64,000 bases of DNA from Sphagnum compactum (taxonomy: Eukaryota), in the NCBI GenBank assembly GCA_965153455.1, contig OZ234493.1, positions 25,100,213 to 25,164,212 on the forward strand, in the 5' to 3' direction. Below the pieces are notes generated by a model, which had not been told where the DNA came from, made no database searches, and worked only from the letters and a program-made list of their open reading frames with translations. How positions within the stretch are numbered: position 1 is the first letter of the stretch; each line of letters begins with the position of its first letter. Shown here one piece after another: positions 35,569-50,350 of this stretch. The position numbers were made by a program, and so were the translations under genes.

Positions 35569-38500
35569 AAATTGGGTGGATAAGAAATTATGGACTAGCC
35601 TCCCTCTCCATAAATGCTATCCAGTGTACCTGATAACCTTCATGTGCATGAATGAAGAGTTTCATATAAATGGATGGAAAATTTCATAACCTTCTTGTAG
35701 ATGGATGAAAACTTTCATAGCCTTCTTGTAAATGGATGAATTTGTTGATGGATGAATTTGTTTTTAGCCAAGAGTAGATGGACGAGAAAAGAGAGAAGTT
35801 TTGCATGGTGAGAGCCAAGGGGAGGGCCCAATTAGAAGCTTGAAAATATCTAAACAGAGGTTATGTCTACAAGGTTACAGGCTACTGCACCTGGACTGCC
35901 CTGCTCTAGACAAATAAAAAATTGGCACGTCAGCAATTTACCTCCAACAATCCATTACGAGTTTGGGTTACCAATCCGAGGAGTTGACCCAATCTATGAA
36001 GGAACTAACAATAATATAATACCTATTTTGTGGGTGCATTGGGGGTGGTGGGATTCATGCATAGGAAAATGGGGGTGGGGGGGGGGGGGGGGGGTGTAGC
36101 AGCAAAGTTGCAAACCCTAAAATAAGATGCAATAAAAGACAAATAGCAAATTTCCTCAGCACCTTTGGAAGTTGGCAAAAAAGTTTCATTAATGGAACAA
36201 GTATGAATATAGAACTTTGTTATCCTATCCTTTAGAGAGATGGGTCATGCAGACTCATGCTAGGCTATACAAAACCTGTGATCTATATATCATTGTTTCA
36301 TATGCTCTTCTGACATGAATAGGGTTGTTGTGTAATTTTGTTAGATAATGCCCACCAGCAAGGATAATACTAAAACAAGGGGTTTGTCATACTGTGGCAT
36401 TGCCATTTACATTAAAAGAAAAGGTATCTTAAGGCAAAGAAGAATTATGAAAATTCAAATATTTTACAATGCAAAAATAGAATCTTAAAAAAAAAATCCT
36501 CTGAAAGAAACCAAAATCCTTCAAGATATCATAACTCTATAACTTAATCTCAAGTTTCAACACAAGCCAAAATATCATTTTCAAAAATCCTCCTATAAAA
36601 ATACACCTATTATTATCTAGGGGCCAAAATCCCTTAAGCTACTATACTCTACAATGAATCTGAAAACACAATAAATATCCTTGCCCTGGTAGGCAAGGCC
36701 AATGGTGTTCCTAAGCACTCACACAAGGTAGAGTCGCGTGTGAGTTGGATTTTGGTAAAGCTCGGTTGAGGGCTTTACCAAGTGTAAAGAAGTGCATAGA
36801 TTTTTTTTTCTCATAATACTCGTTGAATACTGGGTGAGTATTAAAAGGAAGAAATGCAAGGTGTTTCAGAAACATGGAATGCCTGCTGGAGTGGGTGTTA
36901 TGCAAAACGGAATGGAATGCCTGCTGGAACAGGCATTCCATTTTCTCATGCATCTCACAAACAGTGCTTGAAAAAACATGATGGATAAGATAAGGTAACC
37001 TCTGATTACACTTAAAAACATGGCGCAACAAGTCTTTACATGCATAAAAAAAATGTGACAACAAGGATGAAAGAACCAGCGTAAGAGAGAATCAGCTTTT
37101 GTACATGTACGTAAGGCAGGTACCATGCTGGGATTCGTTTGGTTTTTGTTTCTGGTTGTTGAATCTGAACAAGCTTGTAGTACCAAAAACATTTTCCCCA
37201 AGATGATGATGATGATAATGCATGACACTTGTTGTTCTTGTTTTTTTTAGTAGATCTAGAGCTTCTCTGACAAATTATGCAGAAGAAGCAATAGCTGTAT
37301 TTGTGGCAGCAGCAAAGAGTTGTTGCAGACTGCCTGCCATTGCAAAAGTTATGAACACGAGGAGGAAGTCGTGCTGCTTGGTCTTTGCTGACACACACAA
37401 AGTTCCTTCCTTCCTTGCAGGGGGGTGTTTGGCATGGTGCCTTACTTCTAGCTTCCAACTCTGGGAGTTGAACAGAATCCTCAGAATGAAGGATTTTGGC
37501 ATTCTGGCTGGTGTATGTCTTGTTTTCCTGTGTTGGGTAGTAATCTTTTATTCCATTTTTCAAAAAGAATCACCTCCAGATCCAGTTTTTTTTTTTTTTT
37601 TTTTTTGGGGAAATCAAAGAACATCCAGCTTCATTGTGTTTTTTTTCTTAAAAAATAGACAAAAAGAATTGGCAAAATTTCACAAAATAATCAGTTTTTT
37701 TTAAAAAATGGACATTAGTTTCCTAGGAAGGTTATTTGACCGGTTATTAGATTTTTTGAGAGAGCTGCAGTCCTGATACCCTAGTACAGGGGGGGCAGCT
37801 TTGAGCACATGTCTGTCAAATAAATTATTTATTTTTGACAATTCCATTTTGAAAAGAAAATTTAAAACTATTGTATATTCCAAAAGATTCTTCATTTTCC
37901 TTCACAACAAATTTTCTTTGAGAATGGGGGGTTTTTTTTTGGGGGAAATTTTCAGCGGTTTTGTGCGGGCTGTCTGATTCTGATTTTATCCTCAAAAACC
38001 AGAACCAGCAGGTTCTTTGATTCTGAATTTTAAAGAAGAAATGGAACTTCCGGGTATTTAAAATTTTAAATAACCGCACCCAACACTGGGTGTCTTTTTT
38101 TTTGTTTCCCTATAGGCAAGATGAAGCATTTGCAGTTGAAGAAAAAAAAATTGCATTGCAATTTGACGGCAATCTCTTAAATTTGTGCTTTTTTGTGTTT
38201 GTTTTGTTGCACAAAAATTCTTGTGAGTGTGGTAGAAAAAATTCTGTGCAGATGGGATTGTTTGCATTTTAGTAATCTCCAGTTCCACTTTCCATTCAAC
38301 AACCCACTTCAATGCTCTTCCAGTTGCCCACCTAGCTGCAGCAAGCATGCTTGCCCTGCCTTGCCTTTCTCCTCATCATCAATCGCACTGGTTGCTTCTT
38401 CTTCTTCTTCTTCTTCTTCTTCTTGTGGTCAAACAAGTGTAGAGGAGCAGCAGCAGCAGAAAGAAACTCAACCAAAAAACAAAAATTGTATTGAGCTGCT

Positions 38501-38708
38501 GCTGGGGAGAGCAACCGCCAAAAAGAAAGAAGATAAAAGAAAATAGCAGATTTTTGAGAGAAAGATCTGGTCTTCAGAGCACCAGGGAGTGACTAGTGTA
38601 AGAGAATTGGTGCATTTTCTTCTTCTTTTTGGGTTTTTGGTTTTGTGGGTGCAGCAGGGAAGTGTGTGAAGAAGAAGCAGTAGCAGAATCAGCTGTGGTG
38701 GTGGAGCT

Positions 38709-41537
38709 ATGGTGCAGTCTTCAGTTAGTGAGGATGATGGAGGTGGTGGAAGAAGAGGGGGAGAAGAAGAAGAACAGCAGCAGCAGCAGGAGGAGGAAGA
38801 GGAAGAGGAAGAGGAGAATGAAGGAGCAAACGAGATCACGAGTAAGAAGGCAACCAGGGAGCAGGTTGCAGCGATGCGGAGGGAGAGCGTGGCGTTGCGA
38901 GCACAAATAGCTGCGGCGCTGGTGCATCAGCAGATGGCAGAGGTAGGAGGAACGGCGGCGGCGGCGGCGGCAGATCCCCGTGCAGCAAGGCGCAGGGAGT
39001 ACCCCGTCTTCACACTAGTATGTCTCTTCTGTCTCTCTTCTGCTTCTGCTTCTGCTTCTTCTGCTGCTGCTGCAAAGATGGAAATTGTAGCTGCTGAGGG
39101 AGGGAGCTTCATAGAATTCTGAAACAAAAGCAGCCTGGGGGTTGTAATTTAGAGCTACGGGGATGATCCGAAGCAGCAGCAGCTCATGACGTCCACAGCA
39201 GCCGGAGGCAGCAAACTGAAGTATTGTGGATCATTGCAGACGACAAAGCAGCAGCAGCAACAGCAAATCACGTCAGCCCAAATTTGGCAACAACAACAAC
39301 ATCATGACCACAGTGCACAACAATTCGGCCTAGATTATCAGCAGCAGCAGCAGCAGCAATTCATGGCTCAGGATCATCACATCACCCCTGGAAACAGCTT
39401 CCGATCACATGAGCTGCCTGCACAAATCATGAGAAGCAGCAGGATGATCAGTCCACTCCCAGCAACTCCACTCACTGGGTTAACCCCAAATGGAAAGCAG
39501 CAGCTACAGCATCTAAACAGATCTTCAGCTTCAAGCCCAAATGGAAAGAAGAAGCAGCAGCAAAACAGATCTTCTTCAAGTCCAAAGTCTGCAAAATTGG
39601 AGAAATATCGTCACTGTGATGCTGCTGCTCCAGTGTCACCTATCAGCATATATTCAGGCATGGAGATCAATAATTTGCAGGATTCAAAGATGACGATGAT
39701 GATGATGATGGACAACACTACTGCTAGTACCACTACTCTGGGAGGAAGAAGCAGAACTTCACCAGGGACAATGTCGAGCATTGAATCTGGCTCTAAGATT
39801 CATACTCCTACTGCAATGGTGGGGCTAGCAAGGGACATTGGAAGCCGAGGGAAGATGATTGCTGCTGCTGCAGGTGGTAGCAGCAGCTGCACTACTGCTG
39901 CTGCATTGCCAACAACTTCATCAGCCTGGCACAACTGCGCCAGTGGACTATCCTCCGTGGTTCCAGTCGCTGGGACTGCTAGTTTATATGCCAGTGGTAA
40001 TACCTTCTTTCTTCTTTGCAAAATTTGCATTGGAAGCTCCTCCTTTGCCAATTTCAATCTGTGATTTTTGTGTTTGTCTTTCCCACCCAAGTTTGTTTTG
40101 CTTCTGAAATGTTGGGAATTGTGTTTGCAAATGTCATTAGAATGGTGATTTAGCAATTTCTGAGACAAGGAGTTGGGTTTTGGATTTGGGGGGGGGGGAA
40201 TGTGGCTTGCCATAGGGCCAATCATCAATCCTCCAGAGACTCCTCCACCACAGCCACTGGTTGAAGTCGCACTCAAGCAACCACCACCACCACCACCACC
40301 ACAGCCTAATAGTAGTAGTAGTGGGTACTTTAATTTTTTGGTTTGGGGTAGTAAGAAGAAGGGGTTGTTGAAGAAGAAAGGCCATGGAACAGCAACTTCT
40401 GAAAGTGGGAGCATCATTAGCAACAGCAACAACACAGAGCAAGAGAAAATTGTGAATCTGGAAAACACGACCAAGATGTTGGAGTTGAAGCTTGAGGAAT
40501 CAAATAAAAAGAGAGCTGCAGCTGTTTATGAAATTAGGGCTTTGCGATTGGCGATGGAGATTTTAGATGGTAATTTCAAGCAGTTGCAAGCACAATGCCA
40601 AGAGTTACAACAGCAAAGATTTCAGGATGCACAGATGATGAAGAAGGATCTTGAATTGGAACTAGATGATGAAAATGATGAAGACATGATTGGTACAGAG
40701 TCGACCACTGCAGCTCCATCTGTTTGGACAGCAGCTCACATAGGACATGGTAGTAGTAGTCATCATCCAAGAGTAACACCTGAGCTTTTCTTAACAACAC
40801 TTGAGAATGCCAAACGCAGCTTGAGGAAGCTAACAGATGTGATATGTCACCACATACGGGAGCTTGGAGGCTCCTTCACACATGTGATTGCCTGTCTTTT
40901 GGAGCAACATAAAGTTGGGATCAACAAGCCGGCAAGTCAAATGCCAAGATTGATGAAACTGCTTTACTTTGAAGCGTTTCTGAACCAGATTATGTTTGAG
41001 AGCTTTGAGAACGTGAATTTTGAGTCGAATGGAGCCACCACCATCTTCAACCAGGAGGCATTACAGGAGGCAAGTTTCCAATCTTTCCTAGATCTGAAGA
41101 AACAGAATTGGCCTGATATTGAGAAGGCCTTAAGCAAAGCACAAGGTGTGATTGTGAACACAACTTTTCACCGCTTCTTTGTAGTGAGAATGGAAATAGT
41201 CATATCTCAGCTCGGGAAGCTGGGTGAAACAAATATGCCTGTGTCTGTAATTACAGCTTTCTACAAGGCAGTTAAAGCTGTATGGCTCGTGCATCACTTA
41301 GCATTTGCATTTGGCCCTGCTGCTGTCACCATATTCCGAATTGCGCCAGGATCCAAATTCAATCCAATGTATATGGAGGAAGTAGTAGTAGCTCCATTGT
41401 CAGCGAACTCCAACAAACAAGTCATTAACAGTGGTCTCCCCTATGTGTCAATCATGGTAAGCCCAGGCTTCATTGTAAACAAGGAGGTGTGTAAATGCAA
41501 AGTCTTGTGCAGCAGCAAACCAAAACCTTTGACATAG
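38709..41537 (+). CDS. IRK-interacting protein-like (IRKI/GIL1 family), about 824 aa; join(38709..39017,39153..39996,40216..41537)
   Basis: N-terminal REQVAAMRRESVALRAQIAAAL. The family motif YPVFTL|SYGDDP is restored by splicing. Coiled coil, then EAFLNQIMFESFENVNF, VWLVHHLAFAF and MVSPGF. Junctions are in phase; poly-Q/E/P tracts present. Confidence 0.85.
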
Positions 41538-43599
41538 TGGAACCCACCCACCCACCTGCAACCCTAAACCCTAGACCCTAAAGCCTAAAAGAGCTCTCTT
41601 CAGGTGAGGTTAAGTAGCACTAGAGCAATGTTTGTGAGGAACTTGGTGGGCAAAATATTACCTAGTCTTCCTGCAAATTGCTTTCCAAGACTGTTGTTAG
41701 TTGCAACTACCCTAGGAGCATAATTATCATAGCATCATCCTTGTACATAATAGTAATAGAACAAGGCAACACTTCCATGGAAGTTGTTAGATAGGTAATT
41801 CTGTAAAACTACTGTAAGAAAATTGAACAATCTGGAGATTTGTCCTTTATTTCCAGAGTGACCCATCTTCTCAATAACCTGCAACCACTTAAGTTTAGTT
41901 TGTAGGTAATGAAAAAAAAGGGCTTCTCTTATGTATGTACCCTTTGTCAATGCATGAAATGCCCAAGCACAACTCTGTTGTCATTGTTGTTATTGGTGTT
42001 TTGAAAACCCCTCCCCCTGGGCCCAAAGGTGTTTGCAATGACAAACACTAAACGCAACGGCCATTGATACACCAACTTATTCTTTGCATTGGTCGTGTAG
42101 GTAGCAAAAAACTCTCTACTTCAAAGGGATCTTCTGTCTTTAAAACAAAACAAAGTCATGAAGCACATAAAGCCATAACTTCATGGGCACTTTGCAAATG
42201 TACACATTGGGTACAATTCTCCAGTGGATTTTCTTGCGTGATAGTCACAACAGCCAACCCACTGATAAGGAGAAGAGGAGGTAATGTGATCCAAGATGGG
42301 TGGTCATCAGGTACATGAAAATCACATACATATATGAAATTTGGGTAAAGTCCTTGCACACTAAAGTTTTGTGCATTTGTTCAAAGTTACAAATTTGATG
42401 TAGGAGCCATCACTTTACTATTCTCTGAAGAACAATCACCCATACAAGGATAATTGTTAAGAATATCTACTATCATTCACAATTGAGCATGCTTGAGCTA
42501 TGTAAAAAAGCCAAGTCTTTTGGAAATATATTAACGATGGGTTCACACATGCGTGTATATATATATACTTGTTTTTTAAGTAAATCTTATGAACCAACAA
42601 CTAACTTTACTAACATTCGATATTTTATTTTTAAGGTTTAAACCACACCTATAACTAAAGGTATTTTTTCCTTAGCCTACCTATTTTGTATAGATATCAA
42701 GGTTCAGAGTATTTACTTTCTATTAGCACTTTTAGTCTTATTGCAGTTCATTATGACATGTGAGGTGCCTAGATTAGATGCCATCTTTCGTCCTATCTTT
42801 TATTAATAAAGTTCATTATTTTCCAATTGATTGTGGCTTTCTTTCCCATCAAATCCATTCTATGCCTTTCATCTTAACTACAGTGCTTTCACAACATCAC
42901 AATCATCTCATAGGAGGTACATTTTTAAAAATATTTTCTTTTGCATTCATCTTCTTGTGGCCCATCGTAGTTGTTAGGTTCTTATTGAGGTTCATGGATT
43001 GTAAATAATAGTATTTTTTGAATGCAACTTTTAACTCAATCTTCAACACAACTTCTAACTGCATATTAGTATTGGGTGGCTGTTTATTTTATGAAAAAAT
43101 TTCAGTTTTGGTTTCTTTAAATAAAATTGAATGATTTCGATTCCAATTTTGGTTTCACACATAAATGCATTACAAGAATCTATAGTTTCGTTGATTGAAA
43201 AATTAGACCAAAAACAACTCAGTTTGACAATTGGTCATTTTGAACATGTCCAACTTGACTACTGATCTTTTTGACTAGTCATAAAGTGGTGTTTTTGATT
43301 GGTCAAATTAAACAATAAAATTTGTCCAACCCAAAAATAAATAAAATATTTGAATTTTTTAAAATTTCATGCCTAAAATAATAATTATAAATTATTTGTA
43401 CCATGTAGGTAAGTAGGTAACCCACCTACCTATTTACCAACCTATCCACGACCCACCAATATATATATATATATATATATATGTCCTTCACATTATATAT
43501 GTTGACAAGGGGGATTGAACCAATGTTGCCCAATTTTTGATTTCAAAAAGAGCCTTTGGTCATAGTTCTTCTTTTTTTTTTTTTAATTATGGAACCGCC

Positions 43600-43980
43600 A
43601 ATTAGATCGACCAATTCTTTGGATTTTCAAAACCTTCAATTCCAATCATTTTCATAAAAAATTTGCAGCTAGTCCAATTTAAAACAAGGGGTGGTTCCAT
43701 CTCAATTACACACAATTAAACCCAAAAGAAGTGTGTGATTATAGTTTGTTCCACTAGTGTACACATTTAAAGACAAAATTATGTAATATTTTTTACGTAC
43801 AACCAATCAACTGCAATAACTTGTTTAAAATGTAGGGTCAAGTTTATTTTTTCTCAATAAAGTTATATTTATATACTTAGAAAATATGAACCCTTTTTAA
43901 ATGGAGCAACACCCCAAGTTCAAGTCCTAATTCAATTTCGAAAATGGCCAATTCTCCAATTGGGTTACAATGGCAGTTCC
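43600..43980 (+). repeat. Dispersed repeat, copy of about 27020-27440
   Basis: Colinear similarity with the 27 kb copy. Confidence 0.75.
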
Positions 43981-46900
43981 AAGGAGACTTGGAACCTCCA
44001 ATGCGGGGACCCTAGAACTTGACCTTCTAACCTAATCTAAACCTATTGAAATCCAAGAATAAGTGGCAATATTGGATTGAACTTTGGTTCCATGCCAATA
44101 TTTTGACCATTAAACCACCACATCACTTTGTAAAACAATATTATAAAAAATGAATATAACATGTTTCCTCCAACTTGTCTTACAAATCCAAATTTTGGAA
44201 TGAACTACCATCCTACCCATCTACTTACTACTTACTCACCTACCTACCTATTTCCAATTTTTCTCCTATTTACTTATGCCTTACCTACCTACCTACCTAT
44301 CCACAATGATTATCTTTACATACCTACCTATTTCATTTTTTTAATTAAATAAATATGTAGTTAGATAGCTAGGTCAATGACCTACTTATTCATGGTGAAA
44401 ATAGATTAACTATTAATAAATCAATCAATTTGTATATTTCTGGGATTAATTCCCCAAAAATCATAAGTTACGAATTTAGTTTTTTTTTAAAAATTGAATC
44501 CTAACAAGTTCTACTTTGATTTGAATTCCAAAAAATGTTATACCTAAAACCAAATATAAATATTATAGGTCTTCCATTTTAACTATTTAGTTTACTTTAA
44601 TAATTTAACATTGTTTTAAATATTATTTGGATTACATAGTGAGTTTAAATTTAAATGGTTTTTCCATTTTGTTGAATGAAAACCTACATTAAATACTTTT
44701 CCCCAATTTTTGTGATAATATATCTTATTTAAATATAAACTTTATTTTTTAATCATACAATATCACACATTTTAACTAATTGATACAATAAAATTTATGA
44801 TATGTAATTAACAATTTTATTCATCAATGCAAGATGAAATGTGGAAAGGTTTTATCCAATATTCAAAAACTTTAGATAATACATTCAATGAACCATCCAA
44901 TGAAATACTTATATGAGATATTTGGTTATTTATTGTTAACCAAGGTTTGGAGTTCTAGTCAAGTGGACTTCTAAAGGAAAATAAGTAAATTAAATCAAAA
45001 ATATACATTTCAAAATGATATTAAAATATGGTATAAAAAATTTATAAAAGTTATGGCGTGAAGTTAGTTATGACATTTTGTGTGTTTATTTCAATTATCA
45101 AACTAAGATAAAAATTGCAACCAATGAAGTTGAAAGATCTAGTGATGTTTATACTTTAAAGCAATTGTGTATCTTTTAATTTAGTATCACATGCTGTTAG
45201 ATGTGATATTTCATAATCAATCACTTCAAATAAATGTGTTAAAAAATTCAATATTGTGATTTCAGCTTCTAATGATGAACAATCTAATGTTGAAAGGATT
45301 TTTTTTTTAAATAATGCATTTGTTCCAAACACTTGAAGGTAAGTATCAAAGTAAATAGATGTAAAAATCTTTGGAAATAATGTTGTACAAAATGTACATT
45401 TATATTAATGCAATGGACTATAATCAAATTGACACATGTTTCGTTTTACTATACGACCTTATCGTGTTAAACTAAAGGTGTCCATTTTTTGTCTTATTTA
45501 ATTAAATGTCACATTGACCAAATTTTTAAAAAGGACACTCTAGTCAAGTAAACCAATAAAAATGGACATGTCACTTCAACAACCAAGGTCTCTAGGCAAA
45601 ATGACCAAAATTCTAATCAAAATGGACACTTTAATCAAGTTGGAAGGGCTTGAAATGTTGTGAATTCTTGTAATGAAGGAAATGGGAATTTGGTTTTGGG
45701 CTCAAATTTTATTTTTACTTTAAATTTGATTTTGGTTTTAAAACTCAGCTTAGTTCAAAGTAGCTTGGAATGGACTAAACAATTAGAAATTAGTTAGCCC
45801 CTAATTCTAACCCTTTTTTCAAGAACTTTTTCCCAAAATCTCAATTTGAATTTGAATTTTGGTTTTAAAACAACCTAGAAATCAGTTTTAATTTCAAAAA
45901 TCAAACCTAGTTCTAGTTTGACTTTTATCAATTGAGATCAAAACCAATTGTTATGATTCCTCAAACCAAGCACGTGGCCAACACAAATACATTTCAATGT
46001 TGAGTTATTCTTCACTTCTATGAACCTTAAGTTTTGGTTTTAAAAATAAATTAAATAGTACTAGTTTAGGGTCCAATTCTTCATAAAAACAACATCTCGG
46101 TTTCAATTATGGGTTTGGTTCTTTAAAAAAAAACATTCATAGTCTTAGTTTTGGTTCTAAAAATCAAACTTTGTTTTGGGTAACTTGGATCAAAAGCAAT
46201 GATTATGCATTGTCAATTACTCTTCAATTGGCCCCCAAAAATCTAGTTTTTTTTTCATTTTTTCCCCAAAAATGTCGAAGTTGGCTCTACATTTGGTTTT
46301 TTGTAACCAAAAATTATAGTTTCAATTCAATTTCAACTTTTTGAAAAATATGAGACCCCAATTCCAAACTCAATTCTAAAAATCAAACCCAATTCCAATT
46401 TTATTCTTACTAACCACAATTGTGTCATTGCTACATGTGTATGTAATCTCTCTATAATCCTTCTACAAGTTTTTTAAGCATGCCTAAAAAAATTGTAATC
46501 ACAAATGGAGCATGAAAACAAATTGAAAGTTTGTAGCTAGTAGAAAGGAATAGTAGTCTCTAGACACAATAAATTCCAAAATTTACAACTAAAGGCAAGG
46601 TTAAAAAAAAAACTTAAAATCTTCTATAACATGTAGTAACCTACCTTTAAAAGACAACAATATTTTATGTTGTCTAACTAGACACAAGTAAGTTACCAAC
46701 AAGTAAATTACTTACTTATTTAGATATGTTAAAAATATGCCTAGTGTGAATTGTATTAAGTTTAACCACAAGTTTTTGCACAATTACTAGTAGGTGTGAA
46801 CCCCTCTTTAATTGTGGCATGTTCATTGATTTTGTATTACTTATGTTCAAAGACCAATAGTGACCATCTAATAAATGACTATGGAGGGGGACTCATTTGG

Positions 46901-49689
46901 TTCCAAATAATGGACAAGCTAGAAACCCAATAAATGGCTCTCAAGCAAAGTTTCATGACAAGTTGTGAAGCTAGATGTATAAAGACAACAATACAAAAAA
47001 AATTAGACAATTGAACTTTGATTTGGTTTACAACATCCATGTGTTTCTTAAATTTTTTTGAATAGTGCATTGATGTGAGATTTTCCAATCATCTCAATTT
47101 TCTTTGAAAGGAAGCATGAATCATAATAATACAAATTTAAGCTTGTTGATTGCTTACTCCAAATTGAGTTAGCTTTGTCAAGGGTACTTTTTGAATCCTA
47201 CAAAGTTATTCATTGCCTATTCAAGTTGGAAGTAACCAAATTAGATTTGTTGATAGCAATTTGTAGGGGTTGCTTACTTTATGGTTTATTTGCAAAGGTT
47301 TTGCTTTGTATGCAAAATATGAAAACATGGCACATTATTTCACAACTTTTAAATGAAATCCCTTTCTTCAACTAAAATCAAAATTAATTATATTACCCTT
47401 CATGATATTGCCCTTGACATTAGCCTAAGCAAAAGGGATGTTAATTACATTTATGAATATCATATAGGTGAGTGAGTATGAATAAAACACTTTTTTTTTC
47501 CCCTTTAAAAGATTGGGGGGGTTGGGAGAGGGGACATTGAAGATTGTTTGGGTTTAAAATTTTGTTCCCCTTAATGTTCCCAATAAAATCCCCAATGTTG
47601 TTGCAAATGTATTTACCGTGTTCATTAATTTTACCCCATGTCATTTGCCAAATGTTCCTTATGTTGTTTCCTTATGTCCCCCATATGTGTTCCTTCATTG
47701 TATCCCATGCATATGTTTTGACAATATGTTGGCCTTGTTTTCATAGTTTGAATATGTCCTTCATGTTGTTATCAAGAGCTCCACTTGTTATCTCATGTTT
47801 TTTGTCCAAAACCTTATTCTTTTAGCCTACATACGACCATCGAAATGGAAAGGCTAAATGTAGTCTTTATGTAAGTAATGTTTGTTACCACTTTGCTTCA
47901 ATTTCATATTGTGTATTACTTGCAACTTTTTCATGTAAGTCATTAATCAATGTAAGCATGGTGTCCAAGTGTAAGATCTTTTTTTTACAAGGGGTGAAGC
48001 TACAAGCAAGCCTTAAACTATGGAGTGCACATTAGAATCTTAAATCATGGAAAATTAATAATTTCAACTTATTATTGTTTGTCCATCAACATTGCATCAA
48101 TTTAAGTTCATGTATGATATTTTCCCCTTCATGTGAACATATGAAGTAAAAAACACCTATAATTGTTAGAATAAGCATTGTGAGTAAATCATGCTTCAAT
48201 TTTCTTGTATATTTATTTTCCCCTTAAAGACAAGACAATTTGAAATTCAACCCCAAGTTGAAATTAAAATTTTGATATTTTTTCAATTAATTATGATTTT
48301 TTGAAAAAAAAATAATTTCAATGAATTTTTAAATGGTGAATAGGCTCCCTTTTGAATGGTGAATGTAATACCTCAAAATCCTCAAATGAGAATTTAATCA
48401 ATGTTGAAAATTTACTAAAAATTGCACCAAACCTTTGCAAAGTATTAGGTCGTGTATCAAAGTTGACAACTGCGGTTATAAAAAAAATCAAATACCCCAT
48501 TACTACATATAATAGCAATTTTCAATTTTTTTTGAAAAAATCAAATAACCACCTAAAAAATTGCCAAATTTTTTTGTTAGTTCTTTCATGAAACTCTATG
48601 GTTGTTTGAGGTTTTTTTTAATAATTTTAACTAGTGGCTTTTTTTTTTCCCCAAATAATTGGACTTAATAATTTTTTGACTTTAATTTTTTTCAAATATG
48701 TGGACCTGACAATTATTTGAAAATTCAAATACTTGCCCAACATTAAGTTTAATGTGCTCCAACAATTATCAATACACTGACAAAAGGCGATCTTTTTAAT
48801 ATGGTCAAATAAGGATACTAAAATAAAATACCCATGTGTTCAAATTGAAATCATAAATGAGTTAGATTTGAAAGGCATTTGAAAGGGTGTAAAAAAATAG
48901 CTTTTAAAATTATTTTCAATCTCAATCTTTACATTTTATCTTTTAAAATAGATGATTGTTGATAATGTGAAGCAACGTGGAGCCCAAGTTTGATTAGTAA
49001 CAATGTTTAACATGCTTGCTAACACTGAATCAAAACTTTGTTGGGCCATGCCCCCCATAGGGATAAAACTCTTGTGTTGGATCCAAGTTTTGCAAATTTT
49101 ACCTTGTTAAAAATAGTTTCACATTAAGTGAATTGATTTATTTGGTGGAAATGTTTTGAATGGTTTAGATTGAAACGAGTTTTTTAAAAACTTTGTTTTA
49201 ACATTTTTTCTTCTCTTTATACAAAAAGTGGATTAAACTAAGAAGGTAAGTTATCATTTCAATGATTACTTTAACCTTCTAATTTTGGTAAATGTGTATT
49301 TTAAAAACTTTTGCCTTGTTTCTAGTTTTTTCTTCAAAGTATGTGTTCATTAAAAATCTGAATTAAAAAAAATTTGATTTAAATTGATTTTGTACTTATA
49401 GTTATAAAAACCAGAAATAAATTTAAAAGAAAAAGTCAAAAATATATATTATGTAAAAAAATATTTTTTAAATGAGAAAAAGATGGATAAAAGAACTGTA
49501 CCTTTCGAAATCCGGAAGATATAGTGAAAAATTTAAGGTAAATAATTGTCCTAAAAATACACTAGGAAAAATCAACCGGGTCTTTATATTTTGGAACTAC
49601 TTGGACATCGTTGGTGGTGATCGCAAAGCTCTAAAAATGACTGAGGTGATGGAAGAGCTGATGATGGAATAGATACAAGCTCTTTGATT

Positions 49690-50350
49690 TTTGGGTGGAG
49701 CAAATATGGCTCCTTAGGTCACTAGCTTAGGAGGGCTTAAAGAAAGTTATGATTGAATGCCACATACTGACATGGTATACTTCTTTGCAACACAAAGCTC
49801 CTTTGCTTTCTGGACTCATCAAATCAATAGTAAGTAAGTTGATGATATGGGATAAACTATTTTTCACTACAAGGACGAATTTGAGCACTTTGGGCATTTC
49901 CTTGGGGTCAACAAGTATGTTCAAGGGGTGCATGTGATGGAAGTGCACCAAATTTTGATGTTAGGAGAGTTGGCATGGATGCCCCAAATAGTAAGAGTTT
50001 TGAAGTATGCAACAATATTTCAACAAGAATCAAAACCAAAGTCCTGCCAACACCATTATGACAACTAGTAATCCACCCGCTTTACAGTGCAAGCATGTGG
50101 TAACATCGCAACACAAAAGTTGAAGCACCAGAGTTGTTGTTGCTGATATTGTATCTCTGCCAAAGGGACATGCAAAAGGTACATCATACTTCGATTATAT
50201 TGATGTAAAGCTAAAGTTTTGATATGGTTATCTGCAATGGCTATAGGGGGTGACAAATTTTGGGAAAAGATGGACCATGTGTTGGTATGAAAGGCTACCA
50301 AGCACCCCAAGGTATGTGTCCCTTCCCTTGGTCTACACTTGTTAAGACTA
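49690..50350 (+). mobile_element. Possible highly degenerate LINE (L1-like) ORF2 fragment
   Basis: KLMIWDKL.FSLQGRI resembles the L1 KLxxW...LSxxGR motif; a GGL motif lies nearby; no intact ORF. Confidence 0.3.

Noticed and set aside
37036-37704. ORFs possibly encoding a small peptide (KDQAARL resembles DVL/RTFL)
   Set aside because: The conserved YIIRRC..ML core is absent and no consistent gene model could be built
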